64,000 bases of DNA from positions 434,001-498,000 of the forward strand of contig LSRY02000038.1 of the NCBI GenBank assembly GCA_001643675.2, written 5' to 3'. Position numbers and translations under genes: made by a program. The DNA is from Monocercomonoides exilis PA203 (Eukaryota > Protista > Preaxostyla). The notes beneath the pieces are model-generated. The model ran no database searches. It saw nothing but the letters and a program-made list of their open reading frames with translations, and had not been told where the DNA came from. Below, piece after piece: positions 19,131 to 30,500 of this stretch; position 1 is the stretch's first letter; the number at the start of each line of letters is the position of its first letter.

Positions 19131-19941
19131 ATTTTTAAAAGAATAATAAACAGATTTATTGCAATTGTGATATTTGTTTATAAAAATAATTTTGATAATA
19201 TTATTCATTGAAAATAGGAATAAATATTTTTTATTGATTGGTGAAAAATTCACCAAAAATTATTCAAAGTCGAAAAACATTCAATCGAAATCGAAATTAT
19301 AATTAAAAAAAATCAATGTTTTATAAAGTGAATTCAGACGAATAAAATATAAGTCTATTTTTAGAAAATTTTTATTCTCAATTTTTTTAAAATTGTTTTT
19401 TGCGAATTTTGAAAATCTCGAAACATAATCAACTCTGAAACAAACTCGAAACAAAATAATTAAATTTTGTTTCATTGAAAAAGAAATGATGTTTTTTTGT
19501 ATTCAAGAATACGAAAGAAAAAAGAGAATTCTAAAAAAAATCATTCCACAAAAAAAGGGTTTCAAAAACATGACAATTTTTTGGCAAATTTTCTGAAAAG
19601 CAGTGTGCTTTTATTTAAGATGAAATATTGATAAATCAGAACTCTTTTCTGATTCCAATTTTGCAATCGTTCAAAAGGAAATGCAAAAAATATCGAAAAA
19701 GAAATGAAAAATCATTTAAACAACAAATATCATTGATTATTCAACAACGAGAATATTTTTTTGACTTTTATTGATTTTTGTCAACCTTTTGATAATTAGA
19801 ATTTTCTTGAAATCTCAACTTTGTTTCAAAGTTTTTGGATTTTGTATATTTTTAGGTGTTTTTCTTTTTTATTTGCAATTAAAATATTAGTCTTTTTTTA
19901 AACGAAAAACATTGCATATGGCTTATCCTTTTAAAAATGGC

Positions 19942-21347
19942 GGTAGAGGGTAACAACACACCACAATCCAAAACCTATATATTTTAGCAGATAATTACTT
20001 CTTATTCATTTACAAAAAAGAATTATAATATGAAACCTCCGGGTTTGTGAGAAATTAAATTTTTAATTTTTGGGAAAATATCCACTTTTTATAGGATGGA
20101 TCATATTTGATCGCATTGATGTCTCACATTCCGGATCGCAAATCAAATATTTTTCAAAAAACGAAACTGTTCCAAGATAATGAAGCTACGTGGAATTGGT
20201 TAATGAGATTTATGCCATTCGCAGTGAACAAAAGATGCCCTAAGTGCAGGAAAAATTTCTCCATAGAAGCTCGAGATAATTGCAGTAATTACAGGTGCTA
20301 CAGATGTGGAAAATACTGCTCACTGTTAGGATTGACTCCTTTGAAAAAATCAAAAATACCTATAGAGAAAATAATGATGATATTTCTGTGTTTCTGGATC
20401 AACATAGAAATATATCAGTTCAGCTTGCTCACTGATGTTTCAAGACAAACTGTAGGTGGGTTTTATTCAATTGGAAGAGCATGCATGGCTGATTACGGTT
20501 CAACATCTTTCGAAAAGCTTGGTGGCCCGGGAATAATTATTGAAATGGATGAAGCAATTCTTCGAAAAAGAAAGTTTCGAAAAGGAAGAAGAAAGAAACA
20601 GATATGGTTATTCGGAATGATAGAAAGAAAGCATGATGGAAAGAAAGGGAAATGTTTGATTGTGAGAGTGAAAAACAGAAAAAAAGAGACATTAATACCA
20701 ATAATCAAAAGAAACACGATTCCAGGATCAACTATTTACTCGGATGAGTGGAAAGCCTACAGCTCATTATCATCCTTAGGTTATGATCATCACACTGTTT
20801 GTCACAAATACAATTTTGTGGATCCAGAAAGTGGCATTTGCACAAATTTGATTGAAAGCACTTGGTCAAGCTTTCGAAAATCTCTTCCTAGAAATGGAAT
20901 TAAAGAAAAATACATTGATGACTTTGTGACTAGCTTTGTTGGAAAAAGATCAGAAACACTTGAATTTGAAGATTTCATTCAAAATATTGAATGTTTAAAA
21001 ACCCTTGAATCATTAAAAAGAAATAGATGAAACTGAAGAAGATGAAACCGAAGAATCTGATGAAAGTGATGTGCCAGTTTTAAATGAAAATGATGAAGAA
21101 ACTGAAGATGAATCTGATTCTTTAGGAGCGGGCGATGGAGCAGATGCATCCGAGTATGAATTGTGACTTATTTATTTTTTCATTCACATTTTGACCCAAA
21201 ACAAATATTGTTCTGTGAAATATTTTTGTTTTGTTTTCTTCAAAACCTGGAGTTGGTAGTTACCAAAAATGCTATAAAATAAAGAATATAAACATGTGGA
21301 ACACAATTAAAATGAATTTGGGTTGTGGTGTATTGTTACCTTCTGCC
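19942..21347 (+). mobile_element. Merlin (IS1016/IS1595-like) DNA transposon, full length
   Basis: 31-bp imperfect TIRs GGTAGAGGGTAACAACACACCACAATCCAAA / GGCAGAAGGTAACAATACACCACAACCCAAA (27/31 match). Perfect 8-bp TSD AAAATGGC at 19934-19941 and 21348-21355. Confidence 0.93.
20107..21030 (+). CDS. Merlin/IS1595-family DDE transposase with an N-terminal Zn ribbon
   Basis: CPKC..CYRC zinc ribbon, GGPGIIIEMDEA, RKFRKGR, WLFGMIER, PGSTIYSDEWKAY, HHTVCHKYNFVDP..TNLIESTW. Confidence 0.92.
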   Translation: MIALMSHIPDRKSNIFQKTKLFQDNEATWNWLMRFMPFAVNKRCPKCRKNFSIEARDNCSNYRCYRCGKYCSLLGLTPLKKSKIPIEKIMMIFLCFWINIEIYQFSLLTDVSRQTVGGFYSIGRACMADYGSTSFEKLGGPGIIIEMDEAILRKRKFRKGRRKKQIWLFGMIERKHDGKKGKCLIVRVKNRKKETLIPIIKRNTIPGSTIYSDEWKAYSSLSSLGYDHHTVCHKYNFVDPESGICTNLIESTWSSFRKSLPRNGIKEKYIDDFVTSFVGKRSETLEFEDFIQNIECLKTLESLKRNR

Positions 21348-21362
21348 AAAATGGCACTTTAT

Positions 21363-21510
21363 TTCGAGTTTTGATAAAAGTCATATTCTCAATGGGATTT
21401 TCAGAAAAAATGAGGTGCAATAGGAACGGATGAAGTTTGTGACATTCCTATTGCAAAATCAAATTTAGGTCAAAATCACATTGAGAATATTATTCAAATC
21501 AAAACTCAAA
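21363..21510. repeat. Imperfect ~145-bp hairpin (probable small MITE)
   Basis: Nested inverted segments GAGTTTTGAT/ATCAAAACTC, ATATTCTCAATG/CATTGAGAATAT and TGCAATAGGAA/TTCCTATTGCA. Confidence 0.65.
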
Positions 21511-22559
21511 CGAAAGAAAATTTGCAAAAATGATCAGCCACATTTTGTTTTTCATTTTTTTTAAATTTTTTTTATTTTTAATTTAATTTTTAATTTTTAC
21601 GATTTATTTAATTGTTTTTTTCATTCACGTCAAAATTCAATAAACATTTAAGAGTGTTTGAATAATTTTCGAAAAAGATTATATTCTTCATGAAATATTT
21701 AAATGTAACAAAACAGAAATATTTACCAGTGCAAATTGATTTAAAAATATTCAATAATAACACAAATTTGATTTGTCTCTTCAATTGTTTGAAAAAATCA
21801 ATAAGTTTCATTCCTTCTTCAATTAAAGAAGACACTTTTCCAACTCAATATCTTTTTCATAACTTTGAGTATTAGAAACATCAAAAATTTCAGAAGAGCA
21901 AAGGTGACAGAAAATAAGAACTGGCCTTTCAATATTAACTATTATGAGAAGAAGTTTAGAATTTCATCCTTCAAACTGAAAGAAAAGAGAAAGCTATGAG
22001 TGAATGATATCTTTAAAAAAGTGTTCTATTTGAAAGTTGTTATTCAAAAAATAAATTTTCTAAGAATTTCTTTTTCCAAATATTGTTTTCCCTTCATTTT
22101 TCATTCTTTTTCATTATTCATAAATAATTCATTAATTTTTGGACAACAACGTTGGACTTGCCATTTTATCAAAAGAAGAAACAGTTTGGAACAAAATTCA
22201 ATTTTTTTTCCAATTAACGCTTGCATCGTATTATGTTCAACCCATATTTTGTGTATTCGTTAACCATCCAAAAAAAAGCTTTTCACATTTCATATTTTAA
22301 TGATCATTTCATTAATTGTTCAATAAACAAAACAGATAACAAACCTTGAAAATAATTCTTTATTTTTCTTTGATTTATTAATGTTAATTAAATAATGGTG
22401 TAAATAAAGGTTCGCTAAGTTTCCTGACAAAATATTAAAAATGAAAAATACGAATAAAAAAAATTTGCAAATACCAATGTGTTCACATTTATTGAATTCA
22501 GTTTGACACGATTTTTGTCACTCAAAAATCAGCTTTTAATAAATAGGTATCATGAAAAA

Positions 22560-23500
22560 GAATAAAGCAGAAATACCATCGCAAGAATAAAAAAACTTCA
22601 AGAGAATCCGTATCAAAATACATTAACACAAAAAAAACTTATTTCACAAAAAATTTTTTATTCAAATTTGTGAGTCCAACATTTCCAACAAGAAAAAACA
22701 GACATATCATCGAGAAAGCACTGAAAGAAAAACTTAAACATCGAGCAACAAAAATTCCAAAGTTGACTGCGTTTCATTGTGGTTTAACAACTGCTCGACC
22801 ACCATTACGTAATGAACCATCAAGTGCCCAATTCGAAAAAACAAACCACTTGAAACAAATTTCACAATCCAACAGAGAAAGGTCTTTGCTGAACACCATG
22901 AATGATATGAAAATAAATGGAAACACATTTGTTTTGCTGACGAAAAAAATTCCAGATCAATGGCCCAGATCGCAGAAGGATGACCTGGGCTTTGTTGAAT
23001 GATCCTGTTTCATTCGATCACCAAAGTCTGAACACAATGCATAAATGAACGGAATGGGGAGCAGTTGGTATGCATTTCAAGAGTGAATTGTTTTTTTTTG
23101 AAAATTCAATTAATATTGTTGATTATGTGAATATTTTGTAGCACACTCTGAAACCTCAAGCTGATTCAAAATGAACTTTTTGCTAGAGGTTCAAACATGA
23201 TAACGCACTTTTTCATAAATCAAAGCAAATGAAAATACACTGTGAAGACAATCGAATTCACACCATTCCATGGCCACCGTACTCTCCAGATCGAAATCCT
23301 ATCGAAAATTTATAGAAAATGTTAAACAACAGAGTTTTTGAAGATGGAGTTCCAAAAACATCCAAAACAGAATTTTAAGATAGTCTCACATTTAATTGGA
23401 AAAAAATACCTCAATTCATGATAAATAATACAAGTATGTCAATGAACGATTGATTATCTGAAGCGATAAAAGCAAAAGGAAGTTACACAAAGTTTTAAAT
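22560..23500 (+). pseudogene. Decayed Tc1 (IS630-Tc1-mariner, DD34E) transposase
   Basis: HICFADEK at ~22924; HDNALFHKS...WPPYSPDRNPIENL* at ~23196-23315 with exactly 34 residues between D and E; the conserved W codon is mutated to TAG; frameshifts present. Boundaries are approximate. Confidence 0.85.
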
Positions 23501-23873
23501 TGTGTTTCAAAAAATTTGTTTTCTTTTATAAAAAAATAAACTTTTTTGATGGCTGTGACTTTTTGGTACATTTTTTTATTATTATGGAACTATTTATCAT
23601 TTTATTTAGTTCACAAAAGAAAAATGAAACAATTTCAATCATGCTTTTGTTAGTTTATTATCAAATAAACGTTTATTCAAAAAGAAAAATCGTAATACTT
23701 TTCAACAAAAGATAAGAAAAACAAAAAATGAAAAGGTCGGAAAGTTATTGTTGGCACCGTATAACATTTTGAGAAAAGGAAAAAAAGTGTAAGAAAATTC
23801 AAAATACTGAAAATAGCAATCAAGAAAAAAGCTACATAATTTGTAATTACTGAACAGCAAAAAAAAAATAATA

Positions 23874-23920
<47 letters not shown>

Positions 23921-24025
23921 ATGCATATTAACATATTGTTTCCTGAAAGGAGAGAGTTTCTCGTTTGCTATTTCAATATCTATCAAATCCAATGTTTGCA
24001 ACTATTTTCTTCATCCAACTGATTC

Positions 24026-26012
24026 TTATCTGCGCAAATAAAACTCAATATTTTTTGCTCCTGAAACTTTTTTGGGTCCAGTTGGCTTCTTTATCTTGTC
24101 CAACCGAAGCACCTTTACGGATGCTCCATTAGCATGTATCATAATCTAGGTTTTAAACGGAACACATACATATGTACAAAAAATTACTTCAACCTCTTTC
24201 GAATTTATAATAAAAAAAAGAGAAACCTGAAATTGAACGCATTTCGGAACCTTTGAAATAAGAACGGGTTGCTTTTTTCGATTAACAAAGAATGATGCTG
24301 TTTTTTTCTTTGTGTTAACCTCACATGCCACTTGTGATCCCTTTGAATTCCATTCACTGGTCAACTTCTGTCCATCTCCCATGCCTCCATTTAGAGTCGA
24401 GAGAATTCCATCTGAATCCAATGTAACACATTGAATTTGGGAATGACTCTCACTTCCCACTGGGGCTGCAAATGGATTTGTTGAGGCAAACGGATTCGCA
24501 CTCGAAGCGAATGCAAATGGATTAGAGGGTGCAAATGGATTTGTCGAAGCAAATGGGTTCGATGTTGCATGAATAGAAGAATGCCCCTTCATCTTCTTCG
24601 GCTTCTTCTGCTTCTTTGGCTTCAGCGACGAATCGCGCTTCTTGATAGCGTTCTTCATGTCGCTTTTGTATATTCTCAGAAGGCTATATCCTCTCAACTC
24701 GAACGTCTCTTTCAAAAGCAGATCCACCCGCCAGATGCCCTTGCTGAACGGATTGCCCAAACAAATGGGAATGACTGATGCTCTATTCACTCGAATGAGC
24801 CGCTCCTTCTGCAACAGTTGTATCCCTTCATCAATAGTCGGATCATACCCAGATGTCTCTTCAGAAAGAAAATGAAGAGGTCCTCTCATTTCTGTAAAAA
24901 ATAAACAATGAAAAATGAAATGTTTCAAAATTTGAAAATAATATTTGCAATAAATATTGGATGCAATAATAACAAAAAATCAAAATAAAAACAAAGAATG
25001 CAAACTTCCTTTCACAGGCTTTTTGTTTTCCTTATATCCTTCTTTTCCTTTCCCTCCTTCAGATGAAGAAGAAGATGCAGAAGAAGAGCAAGAGGAATCA
25101 GAGTCGCTTTCATCAGAGCTACTCTCATCGGATCTGCTCTCATCTTTTGAGTCTTCTGATTCGTCTCCTTTTTCAGATTCGCACTCTCCCTTGCTCTTCT
25201 TTCCTCGTTTTTGAATTCCACCTTTCAGCGCTTGATCTTTTTCACCAAAAGCATTTTTTGGAAATTCAGTGAAGCCATCTTCTTCACCTAAACGGCTCCA
25301 AATATTTGATGATGGAGCCCCATCGAATGTAGAAAATGCTGCAGAAAATGATTTAGTTGATGAAATTTCATCCAGCAAATTCTCATCCGCTTGAAGCCCA
25401 GAAGAAGAAATTGGCTTCGGCTCTGCTGCTGAACTTTCAAAGCACTGCACACAATTTGGCAACCCAACAGAAATCTCTGAACTGCACATTGGAGCAAATG
25501 AATGCAAGCAGCTTTTTGAAGGAATGGCTTGGTGAGCGAGAAAAGAATTAACCTTGTCAATTTCTGATGCACTTGCTGTTTTCGAAGATAAATGAGATGG
25601 AAAGGACAATTTCTCATTTGTCAAGCTTTGTATTGTTTTTTCTCCAAAACCAAAAAATTCTCCGTCTGCATTCTTTGACGGGGTACTCGAAGCTATACAT
25701 AAAAAATGTTTTGGTATTTCAATTTGAAAATTGAAAACGCAATTTTGATAACAAACAGTTCTCAGCAACAACTTCCTTAGCAATTCTGGATGCATCACTT
25801 CCACTCATTCCATATTCTTCCTTGAGAATGTTCCTTATGTCTTCTTCCACTTCCCCACGCACAATCCCTCGAAGAAGCAAAGCTGTTTCTTTCATCAATG
25901 CAAAAAATCTTTCTTTGATTTCCTCACTTGTAACAGAAATATTCAGTCCCAATTCACTCAAAGTTTCATCTCTAGACAATTTGAAACTTCCAGACAATCC
26001 TAAAGAACTCAT
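24026..26012 (-). CDS. Hypothetical 4-exon protein with an acidic/Ser linker and a C-terminal SPRY-like beta domain carrying five NPF motifs
   Basis: ORFs 25719-26012, 24980-25804 and 24146-24928 can be joined by GT..AG introns; the last exon 24145-24026 ends in TAA. SKGIWRVDL and VACEVNTKKKTASFFVNRKKQP resemble SPRY strands. Contains SNPFASTNPFAPSNPFAFASSANPFASTNPF. Confidence 0.65.
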
Positions 26013-27564
26013 TATACACTTTTATTCAAATGAACATGATCTATACCATATGTGCTTTTATTCCTTCGGTTTCAACTTTATCAAATCTGTTCATTTATCA
26101 TCATCGTGAAAAGATCATTCACTAACAAAATAAAAACTCGGAAAGAGCAGAAGATCGGCGTGACTTAAAATCGAAAAGAAAAACATTCATTCAATGCGAT
26201 AATCATGCGACATGCTTTTCAAAAGATTAATAATAACTATATTTAGGAATGAAGAGAACCAATTGAATATTTATAAATATAACACGGAAAAAAAGAAACC
26301 CAAAATGTTAACCTTTAAAATTATTTTGTTGCATTTTGGACACTGTTCCTGCAATTATGAAAAAATCAGTGATTTGTTCCTAACTTTTTTTGCTATCGTG
26401 TGATTTCAATTCTGACATTCCAGTGCAAAATAAAGCATAGAAATATTGAAAAGTCGAGAAAAAACTTTGAAAGTGCTGTGTAGAACAAAATTCATAAAGC
26501 AAAAGATTTCGTCCCATTTGGACTATTCACAACTCCAAAATCGTCTTTGGATGAAACTCCACTGAAAATCATGATATTGCATCCTGTTTTTATGCATTTG
26601 ACGGAAATAATTCAATTTTTCCTATTTATTTCTGAGTTATTAAATGGAACAAAAAAATAATGAATTTTCAAAAACATATTTTCGTAGGAAATTGATTTGT
26701 TTTGTTTTCACTTCACAATTTTCAAATTTGATGTATTAATTAAATGCAACCCATGAATAAATGCGAATTTGATTTTTATAGCAATTCATTTCAAAATAAT
26801 GAAGATATTTATGAACCCCTGTTTTTTTCTTAAACCAAATTTTAAAAAAACTCTAGCCTCTTCAAATAACACGTCTTGGAGAGAACAATGGAGGAGAGGA
26901 AGAGCAGCGAAGAAGGAGAAATAAAAAGACATCAAGAGAAACAGACAAAACGATTTGGAGCAAACTTAGCCTTCAAACAAAATCATAGGAGTAAAACGGA
27001 AGTGTTGAAAGAGAAGCGATTTTGGAAGAGATGGAGCAAAAGTTTGAGAAGAAGATAATCGCAAGCACAAGGTCAAGAAGAAAGTGCACAGAGGAACAGA
27101 CAGCAAATGAGCAGAGTCAATTTTCCTGTAATATGGAATTGAATGAGAATATTCAAAAGGACGATCCAATGAAAGATAAGGACGAGCTTATCATTCGAAA
27201 AAGTTCCCAGACAAGAAGAGAGTCTATAGCTTCAAGCAAATAACAAATTGAACTGAAAATGGGAACAAGGAACAGTTTCTGACTACTTATTATTTCTCAA
27301 TACGAAAAAAAAAAATAAAATTTCTATCAAAATTTTCATTTCAACAAATATAAACAATGAAACAGTGCTGATTCTTAAAAATGATTGGTCAAATAGAATT
27401 GTCAATTCTTCAAAATTAAATACGGTTTTTGAAGTGTTTCCATTTCAATTAATAAAGTAAAAACGAAGTTTAACGAACATAGAGTTGAAATATGATACCA
27501 GTTGTATATTGTGAGCCAACTCACAAATCAAGAAATTTTTATGTAATTCTATTTCAAAATTTAT

Positions 27565-30500
27565 TTAAGAAATAAGTCCATAGAACGATGAGAAAGGAGA
27601 TATTTCCAAATATCGATCAACAAGAGCTTCAAGTATTGACACAAAAGTCGAATCACAGTTGAATTCCTGATAAAAGTAACACATAAAATGATGTTTGAAA
27701 GAATTTGGAGATTAAAAAAAATGTGTGCAAACTTTAATCAAATGTATAATAACTGTGTTTATCTGAGGATGAACGAATGAAGAAGAGAATTTGTTTGAAA
27801 GTTGCATTTCTACAAATCTTTTCATTTTTTCTTCGAATTTCTCTTCTGATTCATCTTTCTGTTCTGCAAACGTGGCCCAACAAAGCATCGCGATCTGGTT
27901 TTTTCATAAAAAAAAATGAAAATAACATAAAAAACAAACAAACAAATAGAAAAACATAAATCATGAATTTATAAACATTTATTCTGAATAAACCATTCAC
28001 AACATTTTTTAAAAAGTATTCAATATCCATTTTTTTTTTAGACAAATAAAGTTTTCAACAAAACCTCTCAATATACACACCTTCAACACATCGTCCACTA
28101 AAGGTGAGCTAATAAACATCAACTCTTTCAATTCACTCCTTCTCCATGCTTCTTCAGATTCTCTCTGTTCTTTTAACACATCACCCAGAACATTTCTCAA
28201 TTGCATATGAACAGAATTAGAAATACACAGACAGCTTTGTTTTGTTCCCTTTGAAGCAATAAACTGCTTCAAAACTCTTGACGATACAACCGACAAGCGA
28301 TGGCCATCAAATGAATCTCCAACTCCATTCACCTCCTTTTCTCCTTCTGCTGCTCCTTCATTTTCTCCTTCCTTTTCCTCCTCCTGGTCCTCTTCTTCTT
28401 CAGCTTTACCGGCGTCTTCAGATTCTTCTTCTCTTTCTTTTTCTTTATTATCTTCATCTTCCTTTTCTCTTTCTCCTTCCGTTTCTTTCCCATTCTTCTT
28501 TCTTGATCCCAATATTGTTTCACAATCATTTGTAATGCTGCCCTCTTTAGTATTTCTTTCATCTCTCTCTAACTTTTCAGAAGCTTCATCGTCATTTCGC
28601 TTCTCTTTTCCTTTTTTCTCGCTGTCAAACGAATACCATGAAATATTAGCACAAGCTAAGTGCATCAAATGAATAGACCATTCTCTGTGAAGATATTGCA
28701 AATGAGCAGAGCCAAAGAGTGAAGAGCAAAAGAACATCAGCATTTCTAACACAACTGGAGCTGAAGGCAGACAATTCAGGCAAAACTCTGCAACACCCGA
28801 CGATTCTGTGAATATAAAATTGGAAACTTTATTATCTGTGTTACCACTTGAATCACAAGATTTGCTCCAAAACTGAATGAATGAAGAAGAAACATCAGGT
28901 GGCATCAGAGAAAGCGAAGAAATAATTCTTTCTTCATTCAAAGAATCTGCATTTTCTTTCATCACTGCAAACTGTTGTTCAGACATTTGGCGAAGATGCC
29001 TCTTCCACGTGTTCAAGAATTGAATGGATAAAACAGATGCCATATTCACCACTTCGTCTTCTCCATGAACAAGACATAATGACAAGAGGAATATTAGTCG
29101 AGGAAGAATGCATTGAATACTGATAATGCTTTCTGTTGAACTCTCTTTTGCACAAACAAACTTCTTCTCACCTTTATCATTTTCATCTAATCCATCTTCT
29201 GTAAGCGTTTCTTCGAATTCAATTGAATTATCCTTTCCCTCGTCCTCCTTCTTTCTTGACAATTCAAAGAGCCACAGAAAATGCCTTGAAAGAAGTCCTG
29301 ACACACTTAAACTTCGCATTGCTGATAATATAAGTGAGACAGAAATAGAACTTGTTGGAAGCTGTTCTGATGAAGTCACAATGATTGGATCCATATTTTG
29401 TTGTGAAGAAGAAATCGATGACGATGATGATGATGAAGAAAACGATGAGTAAGAAGGCTTCAAACAAGATGGAATGATTAATGATGATAGTGTATTCACA
29501 TAATCGCACATTATAGATGTGTATGAAGAATTCATTGATCCACTATCTCTAATTTCGCATTCTTTCATTCTTTCATTTTTCTCTTCTAATGAGAGCAACA
29601 TACCATTAACCAAATGTCCCATCAGCATCAAGCAATCGCCTTTCACACAATCTGATTGGTTAATCTCACGTTGGCATTCTAATTGGAAATTGTTTTTGTG
29701 CTGCATTGATTTAGAAGAAGATGAGGATGATGATAGAAGAAGAGATGAAACCAGTGATCCATTAAGAATTATTGAGATGTCAGTCAACTTTCCGTTCTGC
29801 TGGCTGAATTTGAACTGTCTGCAGAGTGAATTCCACAGCTGATGATGCTCAATGAATGGGGTGAGAACAGATAATCTCGAGGATGACAAAGAAAATGAAG
29901 ACAAAGACAGCAAAGAAACTATTTTGATGCACCAGCTTAGAAGCTTTTGATGCTCCAGGCGAGAAAATGGAAAGTCAAATAATTCCTTTGCAATTGTTTC
30001 TGATGCAGTTGTGAAAGTCGATCTATTGCCCATCGAAAATGACAAAGAAGAAGAAGAAGAAAGAGTTGGTAACTGTCTTTCAAAATGGCATAATTGTTGA
30101 TTAGGAAATACAATGAAGCATATTGCATTGAACAGCCGATTGTTTTCCACAAAAATCTCAGAAAGAGAAGAGAAAAGTTCGGAAAATGACTTCACTTGAG
30201 CTATTTCTTTACATTTCTGTCCGTTTTCATTCCCTTCATAGCATTTTTCTCCCACTTTTTCATCAATACAACCGCATTCAACTTGATTCAAATGCAAATT
30301 CTCCTGTTCACCAAACATGAAGCTTCTTTTCGAACAGAACTTACTGTTTGTTATTCTTTTTCTTAATCCCACATCTTCCTTTAAGCACTGGAAGCAATGA
30401 AGAAACTGATGGCACTCTTTAATAATGGAAATGGCAGCTGGTAAGCGACACTCTACAATACGTGAAAGAACAAAGCGATCAAAATGAGCGAATGAATCGG

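Noticed and set aside
20107-21030. Bacterial IS1595 contamination or recent horizontal transfer
   Set aside because: Integrated with a TSD between intron-containing genes, AT content matches the host, and a decayed relative lies at 54.6 kb; consistent with eukaryotic Merlin.
22250-23570. TIRs for the Tc1 relic
   Set aside because: Only weak inverted similarity at about 22255 and 23550; not sufficient to define the ends.
26876-27243. Short purine-rich ORFs
   Set aside because: No recognisable motif; frames are broken; cannot be assigned.
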